Assembly: GCA_030698625.1 (NCBI GenBank)
Contig: JAUYMS010000042.1
Coordinates: forward strand, 160,423-224,422
Length of the DNA stretch: 64,000 bases
Reading direction: 5' to 3'
Origin: Candidatus Omnitrophota bacterium
GTDB taxonomy: Bacteria > Omnitrophota > Omnitrophia > Omnitrophales > Aquincolibacteriaceae
Shown here: in pieces, positions 20,180 to 28,427 of the stretch
Layout of the letters: each line of letters begins with the position of its first letter
Position numbering within the stretch: the stretch's first letter is position 1
Translations under genes and position numbers: made by a program
Notes under the pieces: model-generated
The model's database searches: none
What the model saw: only the letters and a program-made list of their open reading frames with translations
Told to the model about the DNA's origin: nothing

Positions 20180-21925
20180 ATGCCTGTCGCCTACGCCGAC
20201 TTATTGGGGGATACAAGCGACGAGGACCTTCTAGGTGAACGGAAGAGTGGAAGAGACACTGCCGACGCCACAGATTTAGATGACGCTCGCAAGGCGCACG
20301 AGGAGCTCTTTGCCGAGAATCGTTATCCGTCGGCCGCAACCTGCGCCACTTGTCACGCCAAGCAGTATCGCGAATGGTCGGTTTCTTCACACTCGTATTC
20401 ACAGCTCAGTCCGATCTACATGGCACTCAACAACACGATTAACGTGTTGGCGAGCGGTAGCAACGGCGATTTTTGTTTGCGCTGCCATAGCCAGGTCGGA
20501 GCAAACTTAGGCGAGAATCCCCGCATGTCGAATCTTGAGCGCCACCCGACATCCCGTGAGGGGATTACTTGTACCGTCTGTCACCGTATTAATAAGAAAT
20601 ATGATAAAGTCAGCGGCCGCATCGGCCTTGTTGAGGGCGGCCTGACCGAGCCCATCTATGGTCCTGGTGGCAACAAGATTCTTTCTGAGGTTCTGAGGGA
20701 CCCCAAGTTCAAAGTCGTAACCGATCCGAACCAGCCCGGCCGGAAAATTCACGACGAAGTTAAGTTCTTTGCGCCCATCTCCACATCAACGTTCTGCGGC
20801 TCATGCCATGACGTGACGCTTTTCAATGGCTTCCGTCTGGAAGAGGCCTTCAGTGAATACCGCATGTCCCCCGCGGCGCGGAAGGGCATTAGCTGTCAGG
20901 ATTGCCATATGGGCAAAGTTCAAGGTGTGGTCTCGGGTTATGATTTCGGACCGGCTGCGGTCGTGGGCGGCGTTCCTACCGAATCCAGAAAACTTACAAA
21001 TCATTTTTTTGCCGGTCCCGATTATTCCATCATTCACCCCGGCATCTTTCCTCACAACACCAAAGCTCAGGAGATGGCGACCTTGGAAGAGTGGCTGCGA
21101 TTTGATCACAAGGCCGGCTGGGGTACTGATTCTTTTGAAAATAAAGTCCCGCGCGATTTCAAATTTCCCGACCGCTGGCAGGCCCTTGACGACCGCTATG
21201 ACGCTCGCGCAATCCTCAACGATCAGTTCGAACTCCTGGCATGGGCGCGCGAACGACGGTTAGAGGCCTTGCGCAATGGGTACGGCCTCGGCGAGATCAT
21301 AATCAAGAAAGCGACGTCTTCAGGCATCAAGTTTAAGGTAGAGGTGAAAAACTTGACCAATGGCCACAACGTACCCACCGGGTTCACGGGTGAGCGGCCG
21401 GTTTGGCTTGATGTAACGGTCACCGACAGCGCCGGAACTGTCGTATTTCGGTCGGGCGACCTGGATCCTAACGGAGATTATCGCGACGACCATTCTTCGT
21501 ATGTGCGAACCGGCCGAGTACCTCTCGATACGCATCTATTCACGCTGCAATCGAAGTTTGTGGTCTCCAACATACGCGGGTCAGAGCGCGAACGCGTTAT
21601 CCCTATTCCCTACCCTCTTACGTCCCTTCCGCGCGTGCTGCCCGCACCGCAGTCTTTAGTGATCACGGGCGAGCCGTTTACCGAACGCAATCATCATAAG
21701 GGGATTCAGCCCGATGGTCGCCGCTGGGCGATGTATAAGGTGAAGGCCAAAGCCCTTACCGGGAAAAGTCCTTATAAGGCGAATGTCAAGTTGTGGAATG
21801 CGATGGTGCCGGTCAATCTTGTCGAAGCCATTCAATGGGTCGGGTTTGACTACGGGATGAGCGCCCGCGAAGTCGCCGATAACCTCCCAAAAAGAAATAC
21901 TATGGGAAAAGGATATTGTCATTAA
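20180..21925 (+). CDS. Pentaheme c-type cytochrome: five CxxCH motifs in the N-terminal ~240 aa, then a ~340-aa heme-free C-terminal domain
   Basis: CATCH, CLRCH, CTVCH, CGSCH, CQDCH. No signal peptide follows the annotated ATG, but the 27 codons in-frame upstream encode one (see findings). Confidence 0.8.
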   Translation: MPVAYADLLGDTSDEDLLGERKSGRDTADATDLDDARKAHEELFAENRYPSAATCATCHAKQYREWSVSSHSYSQLSPIYMALNNTINVLASGSNGDFCLRCHSQVGANLGENPRMSNLERHPTSREGITCTVCHRINKKYDKVSGRIGLVEGGLTEPIYGPGGNKILSEVLRDPKFKVVTDPNQPGRKIHDEVKFFAPISTSTFCGSCHDVTLFNGFRLEEAFSEYRMSPAARKGISCQDCHMGKVQGVVSGYDFGPAAVVGGVPTESRKLTNHFFAGPDYSIIHPGIFPHNTKAQEMATLEEWLRFDHKAGWGTDSFENKVPRDFKFPDRWQALDDRYDARAILNDQFELLAWARERRLEALRNGYGLGEIIIKKATSSGIKFKVEVKNLTNGHNVPTGFTGERPVWLDVTVTDSAGTVVFRSGDLDPNGDYRDDHSSYVRTGRVPLDTHLFTLQSKFVVSNIRGSERERVIPIPYPLTSLPRVLPAPQSLVITGEPFTERNHHKGIQPDGRRWAMYKVKAKALTGKSPYKANVKLWNAMVPVNLVEAIQWVGFDYGMSAREVADNLPKRNTMGKGYCH

Positions 21926-23451
21926 TGTCGCCCTGTAAAGGACATTCCGCTTATTACAAGGTTCTGTGTTGTTTTATCGCAGCGGCGATGCTTGTTTCCG
22001 TCCCTCTGCCCCGCTTAGGTTGGGCCGGAGGCGAACATGGCGGAATGGAGCACGGCGGAAGTGAATTTAAAGAACTCCATTCTAATTGGTACGACCCCTT
22101 TTACCCGTTGGGGCAGACGAAGGGTGCTAGCCGGCTCTCTGATGTGCCGGTTCCTTTTCAGGGAGTTGACAAGATACCGCCCCGCCCCAAACTCCATTTG
22201 GAACTCGGAGATCCGTTTCTGGATTCCGGTAATCTCTTCCCGGGTTTTGAATTACCTACGGGAGCCGTTTGGCAGCCGCGTCTTTGGAGTTACATGATTT
22301 ACCGTACCGCCCTACACTCTTTCGAGGTCAACGCGGATAGCCGGACATCGGAATGGGTCCATCGCTTGGACACGTATACTTCCTTGCAGCTGACGGGAAC
22401 CGAAAGAATTTTGGTTTCATTCCGCCCACTCGATAAGAACCGCTTTGATCAGTTTACGCGCTTTGATCTCGAAGATCCCAATAATGACGAGGGCTTCCGC
22501 CAGGAATTCAACTTGAATTTGCGTGCCCTTTTCATGGAAGGTGATATGGGTAGTCTCTTTCCCTTTTTAGATCCCGAGGGCATGCGGCCCATGGATTTCG
22601 GCTTTTCTGTCGGCCGTCAGAACCTCAACTTTCAAGATGGCATTATGCTCAATGACGACATGGATGCCTTGGCAATCGTGCGTAACAATATACGTATTCC
22701 CGCCATCGGTATCTCCAATTTGCGCATAACCGGTATGTGGGCCTGGAAAGGCAATGACCGCGGCGGCGGCATCACACCGCCAAACCGCCGTAGTCCGGAA
22801 GCCGATGTCTTTGGTTTATTCAATTCAGCTGATTTCCACAAGAGCACTATTAACATCGACGGTATCTTCATTTCGGATAATAAGACCAACGGCGGTGATG
22901 CCTTCTATACCGGGGTCTCGTCAATTCAGCGCATGGGTGCCTTCAATACAACGTTCCGCTGGCTGGGATCATATGCCGAAGATTCTACGACGCCGCAGAC
23001 AGGCTCGGGCCAGCTGCTGACGGGAGAAATATCCTGGACTCCGCATTCTTCAGACGACGTTGTCTATTTCAACCCCTTCATAGCCTTTGGCAATTACACG
23101 CAGGCAGGCCGCGAACCTATTCTTGGCGGTCCCCTAGCCCCACTCGGCATTCTCTTTGCATCACCGAATCTCGGCGATTATCGCGGCGAGATCGGCGGGG
23201 CCGCTCAAGATGTCTTTGGCGCGGCAACTGGTTATCAGGCCTTCTGGAATGATCACCACACCAACCTTGTCTTGGAGACCTCTTTCCGCAAGGATTATGG
23301 CGGACGCGGCACAGGCGTTTGGGGCGCTGGTTTTCAGTTGCAGCAGAAATTAGGTCAGCATGTCCAACTTCAGTTTGAAGCCTTCGCCTCTCTGCAAGAA
23401 AACCGCAAACGCGGTTACGGGGGACGTTCGGAAATTCTACTTGTATTCTAG
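21916..23451 (+). CDS. Outer-membrane beta-barrel protein (porin-like), likely partner of the flanking cytochromes
   Basis: N-terminal signal peptide. His/Gly-rich GGEHGGMEHGG segment. Alternating amphipathic beta-strand pattern. C-terminal ...SEILLVF with a terminal Phe, the OMP signature. 10-nt overlap with the upstream cytochrome. Confidence 0.6.
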   Translation: MSLMSPCKGHSAYYKVLCCFIAAAMLVSVPLPRLGWAGGEHGGMEHGGSEFKELHSNWYDPFYPLGQTKGASRLSDVPVPFQGVDKIPPRPKLHLELGDPFLDSGNLFPGFELPTGAVWQPRLWSYMIYRTALHSFEVNADSRTSEWVHRLDTYTSLQLTGTERILVSFRPLDKNRFDQFTRFDLEDPNNDEGFRQEFNLNLRALFMEGDMGSLFPFLDPEGMRPMDFGFSVGRQNLNFQDGIMLNDDMDALAIVRNNIRIPAIGISNLRITGMWAWKGNDRGGGITPPNRRSPEADVFGLFNSADFHKSTINIDGIFISDNKTNGGDAFYTGVSSIQRMGAFNTTFRWLGSYAEDSTTPQTGSGQLLTGEISWTPHSSDDVVYFNPFIAFGNYTQAGREPILGGPLAPLGILFASPNLGDYRGEIGGAAQDVFGAATGYQAFWNDHHTNLVLETSFRKDYGGRGTGVWGAGFQLQQKLGQHVQLQFEAFASLQENRKRGYGGRSEILLVF

Positions 23452-23503
23452 ACAGCCCATACCGTATTGCTATTTCATATCAGTCAAACGAAAGGATAAT
23501 CAT

Positions 23504-24511
23504 ATGCGTCTCTTTACCGCACTGTTATCTGCCATAATATTTTTTGCGAGTCCTGCGACAGCCGCGCAGATGTGGGATCCCATCGCCGATAACGAAAAAA
23601 TTACCGGCCCGGAATCCTGTGCGGAATGTCATGCAGACACCTTTCGAGTCTGGGAAGGGATGCATCACGCCACCACGTTTCGGGATATGCCTCGAAGTGA
23701 CGCGGCCCGTGAAATAGCCGATAAATTGGGCATTCAACGCATCAAAACCGAGCCCTTGTGTCTCAGCTGCCATTTTACGACGATGCTAACGGATACGGGA
23801 AAATCTAAGCCCGTGTCGGGTATTTCCTGTGAATCTTGTCACGGGGCCGGAAAGGATTGGATCAACGTCCACAGTGACTATGGCCCGGGAGCCGATAAGG
23901 ACACAGAGTCTGCTGATCACCGCGCCAAGCGACTTGCCGATTCCGAAGCCGCGGGTATGATTCGTCCGAGAAATCTGCACGCCTGGGCCTCCAATTGCTA
24001 CAACTGTCATACCGTGCCCGACGAAAAACTCGTAAACATGGGGGGACACCCCGCCGGAAGTAAGTTTGAACTTGTGTCCTGGTCTCAGGGAGAAGTGCGC
24101 CATAATGTCTGGTTTTCCGGCGGTGTGGACAATGTAATGGCTACACCCGAACGCAAACGCGTCATGTACGTTACCGGTCAGGCCCTCGACCTCGCATATG
24201 CCCTGCGCGGTCTTTCTAAAGCCACCGAAGGCGCCACCTATGCAATCACCATGGCGAAGAGGGCCAAGGCGGCAATGATCCGTCTCGGACAAATTGATGA
24301 AGCCCTTACCATTCCCGAAGTAAAAGAAATCCTTAAAGTTGCCGACGCCGTCAAGCTCGATCTCAATAATGAGGCTCAGTTGTCCGGCGCCGCTGACGAC
24401 GTTGCAAACCAGGCATTAAAATTTACTGAGGCCCATGACGGAAGTGCGCTTGCCGCATTGGACTCCCTCATTCCTTCGCCGGACGCCTTCCGCGGAACTC
24501 CCGCTGCCTAA
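23504..24511 (+). CDS. Tetraheme c-type cytochrome, secreted
   Basis: Start placed at MRLFTALLSAIIFFASPATAA (signal peptide, RBS AAAGGA upstream). CAECH, CLSCH, CESCH, CYNCH. The track ORF starts further upstream at 23360, inside the OMP gene. Confidence 0.8.
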   Translation: MRLFTALLSAIIFFASPATAAQMWDPIADNEKITGPESCAECHADTFRVWEGMHHATTFRDMPRSDAAREIADKLGIQRIKTEPLCLSCHFTTMLTDTGKSKPVSGISCESCHGAGKDWINVHSDYGPGADKDTESADHRAKRLADSEAAGMIRPRNLHAWASNCYNCHTVPDEKLVNMGGHPAGSKFELVSWSQGEVRHNVWFSGGVDNVMATPERKRVMYVTGQALDLAYALRGLSKATEGATYAITMAKRAKAAMIRLGQIDEALTIPEVKEILKVADAVKLDLNNEAQLSGAADDVANQALKFTEAHDGSALAALDSLIPSPDAFRGTPAA

Positions 24512-24659
24512 ATAATTCCTCGCAGGAGGTGTTGAAAATTCGCAACATTTTCTGCGCGAGTGTACATTTATTTCGTCATTCCATTTCTTCCGAGATATTT
24601 TTTCAAGCCGCCCGCAATAGTATTGTATTCCGGTCTTTTTCCCATATACTTAGCGATCG

Positions 24660-25856
24660 ATGGAAAATAAATTCTCCCATATTGAAAAGAGGAAATACCG
24701 ACGCAAGCCGACATCCGTGGCTGTCCGTTCCCTAAAAGAGGCGAAACGCGGCCTTTGGAAGCGCGCAAAGGCACTTGATCTTTCAGATACCGGCATACGC
24801 ATTTCCCTGCGCGAAGCGCCCGCTAAGGGAAGCCGCGTGCACCTCTCGCTCAAGTCAGAGCAAGGCAGCCGCCGCAGGCGTGTGGACGGGAAGGTTGTGT
24901 GGAAAAAGGGGCTGGAATGCGGCATACAATTTGAAAACCTTCGAGGAACTCCGAACAACGAGAAGTTGCTATTCTACATGGGCGACCGCATGTGTGAGTT
25001 TGTCGTCAAGTCAGCAGGATCCAATCTTGTCGCGCTGCCCGTTACAACGCTCACGGAGCACAAGGCCGCGTATCGGTTGATGTATCGAGAGTATCTGGCG
25101 CGGGGCTACTGCGCTAAACACGCGTCGAAGATGTACTATACTTCATACAGCTTGCTTCCCACTTCACGCACTTTTATTCTGAAGCAGCAAAAGCATCTCA
25201 TTGGGACGTTGTCCCTCTTTGTGGATTCACCCTGTGGACTTCCCATGGACCACACGGCCCCCGAAGTGACCGGCCAGCTACGCTTTCAGGGGCGACGCGT
25301 TGCAGAGGCAAGCCTCCTTGCCCTTGACCCAAACGCCTTTCGTGAGGGCACTCCCCCGCTTACCTACGCGCATCGCCTCGCGGGTTCCTTCTGGCTGTTC
25401 AAGACTTTGCTGGATTATGCGCGCCAAATCGCCGACGTTACGGATCTCGTCGTAACGGTGCACCCTAACCATGAGCACCTTTACCGCAACCTGGCATTCA
25501 AATCCATAAAACCCGCGACACCCTACGTCTTTGCCCGCGGCCATTTGGGGCTCCCGATGCATTTGGATGTGCGAGAGCTCGAGGCCCATCTTCCCGTCGG
25601 CACATGTTTTAAAAAATTCTTTTTCGACAATCTCCTGCCGTTAGATCAGCTAGCGAAGACTTACCGCTGGACGCCGGTTGCACTAAGTGACTTTATCAAC
25701 AAGCGGCAGGCAGAATGGCCCCAGATGATGCAGGGGGCCGTAGAATGGCTTAAGAGACGTTACCCGCTCGTGGCAGCCAGGACACGGCAAAAGAGCCACA
25801 AGACATCTGGTCTAAATGACAAAGGAGAGCCGCAGCTCTCCTTTGTCGGTATCTGA
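24660..25856 (+). CDS. PilZ domain fused to a FeeM/AHL-synthase-like N-acyl amino acid synthase domain (GNAT-related)
   Basis: N-terminus RKYRRKP...DLSDTGIRIS matches the PilZ RxxxR / D-x-S-x-G-G c-di-GMP-binding motifs. The C-terminal ~270 aa include AAYRLMYREYLARGYC, resembling the conserved core of exosortase-associated N-acyl amino acid synthases (TIGR03694-like). Confidence 0.55.
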   Translation: MENKFSHIEKRKYRRKPTSVAVRSLKEAKRGLWKRAKALDLSDTGIRISLREAPAKGSRVHLSLKSEQGSRRRRVDGKVVWKKGLECGIQFENLRGTPNNEKLLFYMGDRMCEFVVKSAGSNLVALPVTTLTEHKAAYRLMYREYLARGYCAKHASKMYYTSYSLLPTSRTFILKQQKHLIGTLSLFVDSPCGLPMDHTAPEVTGQLRFQGRRVAEASLLALDPNAFREGTPPLTYAHRLAGSFWLFKTLLDYARQIADVTDLVVTVHPNHEHLYRNLAFKSIKPATPYVFARGHLGLPMHLDVRELEAHLPVGTCFKKFFFDNLLPLDQLAKTYRWTPVALSDFINKRQAEWPQMMQGAVEWLKRRYPLVAARTRQKSHKTSGLNDKGEPQLSFVGI

Positions 25857-25882
25857 TTTTTTAAACGGTCGCGGTTGCTCTA

Positions 25883-26221
25883 TTAAAGATCGACTCCGTT
25901 ATTGGGAATCGGAACATCAAGCGGAATAGGAAAAGTCACTACATGAACAGCTCCCAATGCCGTATAAACGATGGCATTCCAAAGCCCTTCGCCAAACCCT
26001 TCTATCTGAGGCCGATCTTCAGCCGCAGCGGCTGTCGTCTGGGTAAATATCTCGGACCATCCGAAAACCACATTCTTTAAGCCGAACTGCAGCTTGCTCA
26101 CTGATTTCGCATAATAGTCTGCCTCTTCAGTCCACGGGCTCGCTGCCATAGCCGGAACCTGGACCGCAAGGCAAGCCACAAACACCACCAACGTAATAGC
26201 AAAAATCTTTTTCACTGACAC
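25883..26221 (-). CDS. Small secreted protein, TIGR04073-like (exosortase-system-associated family)
   Basis: 112 aa with a signal peptide. Twin G(L/F)xN(v)vxGW(S)EI(F/P)-type motifs: FGLKNVVFGWSEIF and FGEGLWNAIVYTALG. Confidence 0.4.
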   Translation of the reverse strand: MSVKKIFAITLVVFVACLAVQVPAMAASPWTEEADYYAKSVSKLQFGLKNVVFGWSEIFTQTTAAAAEDRPQIEGFGEGLWNAIVYTALGAVHVVTFPIPLDVPIPNNGVDL

Positions 26222-26300
26222 ACCCTCCCTTGGTAAATTTAAGTACCTGCATTAGGTATCGGACACTCACTGAGAACCTTTACGACGAACAGGCGAGTAC

Positions 26301-26696
26301 TCAGGCATTACATAGGTGGGAGTAAACCTTTGGTTTGATGAAGTAGCCCATTTTGTACGGTGTGTCGAGTCTCAGGAGCTTTGGGCTGTCTTCAGACATC
26401 TCCAGAATCATGCTTTCCTCTTTGCCGCAGTCCATGGAAATCAGATAATCCATGGTTGCAAAAGCATCTGCTGCCTCTCGCGTTGACTTTTTTGCCGTAC
26501 GATACCGAAAGCGGAGAATATCGCCTTCGCGTTCTACGCTATCCGTATCCACATAATAATCCGACCAGGCCAGAAATGCGTTTTCACCACCCACATTGAG
26601 CCACCGCTCCGCCGCAGCAAACGGATTTGTGGCAAACAAAAGACACAGAACCGCGAAAAACAGGCGGCTTGCTCTATAAAGCAAATGAGAACACAT
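26301..26696 (-). CDS. Hypothetical secreted protein
   Basis: Signal peptide MCSHLLYRASRLFFAVLCLLFATNPFAAA. No recognisable domain. Confidence 0.4.
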   Translation of the reverse strand: MCSHLLYRASRLFFAVLCLLFATNPFAAAERWLNVGGENAFLAWSDYYVDTDSVEREGDILRFRYRTAKKSTREAADAFATMDYLISMDCGKEESMILEMSEDSPKLLRLDTPYKMGYFIKPKVYSHLCNA

Positions 26697-27336
26697 AAGT
26701 ATGTCTGTCGGGTTTGACCTTGAGCAATTCATAAGTAAAACAATTAATCCGACTAGCCTTCCCCCTGATCGCGCGCACAGGTATATTTCGTAGGAACCAA
26801 ATTTCTTGGGCTTGCAATTTCTCTACGCGTTTTGCGCTCTTGCGCATAGCTATTTCAAGGCTTGTTTGAGTCGCGAGATCGGCGTTTACGTAGATAATTA
26901 AAAAAAGGCCGCTGTAATCCTGGGTGATCCTTTCCAACGCTACTTTCATCACTTGAGCAAGTTCTAAGGAGTCACGCTGAATCTGTCTCTGCGATTTTCT
27001 GCCGAGGACCCGTGCGGCACCCGTCGTCTCATGCCGCCGCCGCCTTCTTATGGCGCGGCTGATATAAATACCCTTGATCTGCAGTTTCTTCAGTCGTCCG
27101 TTATCACTTGCTACAACAATATCAATGCCTCGGGCATCCTCCGCATGGTGGATTTTCTCGTAATCGGCCGGAAGCTTAAAGTTAGTGCCGAATTCCTGAT
27201 TTCGAAAGCTGGTGAAAATAGCGGCAGCAATGACCTCATCCCGTCTTTTTTCCGACATTTTAAGCGCGAGAGACGACTTGCCATAAATCGTGCCCAGAAC
27301 ATGCTCAGGGGACATAAAACCTACGCTTTTGGCCAT
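26674..27336 (-). CDS. Hypothetical protein with an Mrr-like PD-(D/E)xK (restriction-endonuclease-fold) N-terminal domain
   Basis: EDARGIDIVVASDNG...LQIKG, a D...QxK arrangement typical of the Mrr catalytic domain. Start trimmed to MAKSVGF because the track ORF would overlap ykgJ by 139 nt. Confidence 0.4.
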   Translation of the reverse strand: MAKSVGFMSPEHVLGTIYGKSSLALKMSEKRRDEVIAAAIFTSFRNQEFGTNFKLPADYEKIHHAEDARGIDIVVASDNGRLKKLQIKGIYISRAIRRRRRHETTGAARVLGRKSQRQIQRDSLELAQVMKVALERITQDYSGLFLIIYVNADLATQTSLEIAMRKSAKRVEKLQAQEIWFLRNIPVRAIRGKASRINCFTYELLKVKPDRHTYVFSFAL

Positions 27337-27665
27337 AGCCGTTTCAACCCTTCGCAGTACGAATAGCTCTTTTCCGTTCGCCACTTCTTCGGAAAATCCA
27401 GGCACTGTTGCGGCTTTGCGGAATGAACCGTACAGCCATTTACAGCAAGAAAGACACAAGACTCATCTTCCCTCTTCTTCAGGACAAGCCGGTGCCGTCC
27501 CTGGAGGTCGCAGTAGTCTTCTGTGAATGCATACGGGGTAAGACCAAAAAAGTCGGCAAGCCTGTCTACGTCTTCATCGGTGAGCGCCACCCGGCCGGGC
27601 TGCTGACAGCATCGATTACAACGTTGGCATTCAAACGCTTCAAGCTTAAAAGCCGTGGCGCTCAT
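27321..27665 (-). CDS. YkgJ-family (UPF0153) Cys-cluster protein
   Basis: CQRCNRCC (CxxCxxCC) motif near the N-terminus plus downstream Cys residues. Confidence 0.7.
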   Translation of the reverse strand: MSATAFKLEAFECQRCNRCCQQPGRVALTDEDVDRLADFFGLTPYAFTEDYCDLQGRHRLVLKKREDESCVFLAVNGCTVHSAKPQQCLDFPKKWRTEKSYSYCEGLKRLWPKA

Positions 27666-27677
27666 GGGGCCCGAGTC

Positions 27678-28355
27678 TTATCTGTCATCCCTACTGTAAT
27701 CGCGGGACGCACCAGACAGCGGCGACTGAAAGTCTTCGGGGGTGGGGCCGCCTTCATTCTCCTGTGCAGCGTCTGCCCTACTTTTATTACGCTCGATTAC
27801 GGATGACTGGCCGGGTGCGGAAACATAGCCAAGCTGTGGTGAGTGAAGCTCCCGGGCCGTATTTTTTGATCCGATCGGCGAGATCGCCTTTATATCCCGC
27901 TGTCGAACGGGCTGAGTATTAACGCTTGGCGTCTTATAAACTTCGCGCAAGCGGCTTGCAAGACCCATAACACCGGCCTGTGCCGATGCGTCTTGAGCAG
28001 CAACCGCCTGTGGACCGTAAGAACGAATCGGCGTCGCGGTCCGGCCTTGAAATTCGTTGTAGCCGGAAGGACGCGTTATCCCTTCCGAGGGCGCACCAGC
28101 TCCCCGCTCACCAGGCTCACCGGTAAGCTGAGGAACGGTCACAATATCCGACTCGGCCCCCGCGCTGTCTTCGATAATGCCCTTAACGCTTTGCCCACCA
28201 AGTCTGCGAGCCGCCTGGTTGTCCGCAGAGTCACCCGCTGAGCTATCTGAGGGTTTGTCCCAAGGCAGGGTCTTCCCGTCTGAAAATACGTTGCCGGCAG
28301 GAAATAGAAAGAATGCCGCGATTAATGCGCCACTAAGAAATACATTACGATTCAT
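27678..28355 (-). CDS. Secreted low-complexity protein
   Basis: Signal peptide MNRNVFLSGALIAAFFLFPAGNVFS, then a G/S/A/P/Q-rich, probably disordered, region. Confidence 0.45.
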   Translation of the reverse strand: MNRNVFLSGALIAAFFLFPAGNVFSDGKTLPWDKPSDSSAGDSADNQAARRLGGQSVKGIIEDSAGAESDIVTVPQLTGEPGERGAGAPSEGITRPSGYNEFQGRTATPIRSYGPQAVAAQDASAQAGVMGLASRLREVYKTPSVNTQPVRQRDIKAISPIGSKNTARELHSPQLGYVSAPGQSSVIERNKSRADAAQENEGGPTPEDFQSPLSGASRDYSRDDR

Positions 28356-28427
28356 AGCTCACCCTCTTCCACAAGTTGTTATTATTATACACCTTACGAC
28401 CAAATAAGACCAGCGGCTTGGGTTGGC

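Noticed and set aside
23360-23503. N-terminal extension of the tetraheme cytochrome ORF
   Set aside because: The extension overlaps the OMP gene's 3' end and lacks a signal peptide. The internal Met at 23504 has an RBS and a signal peptide.
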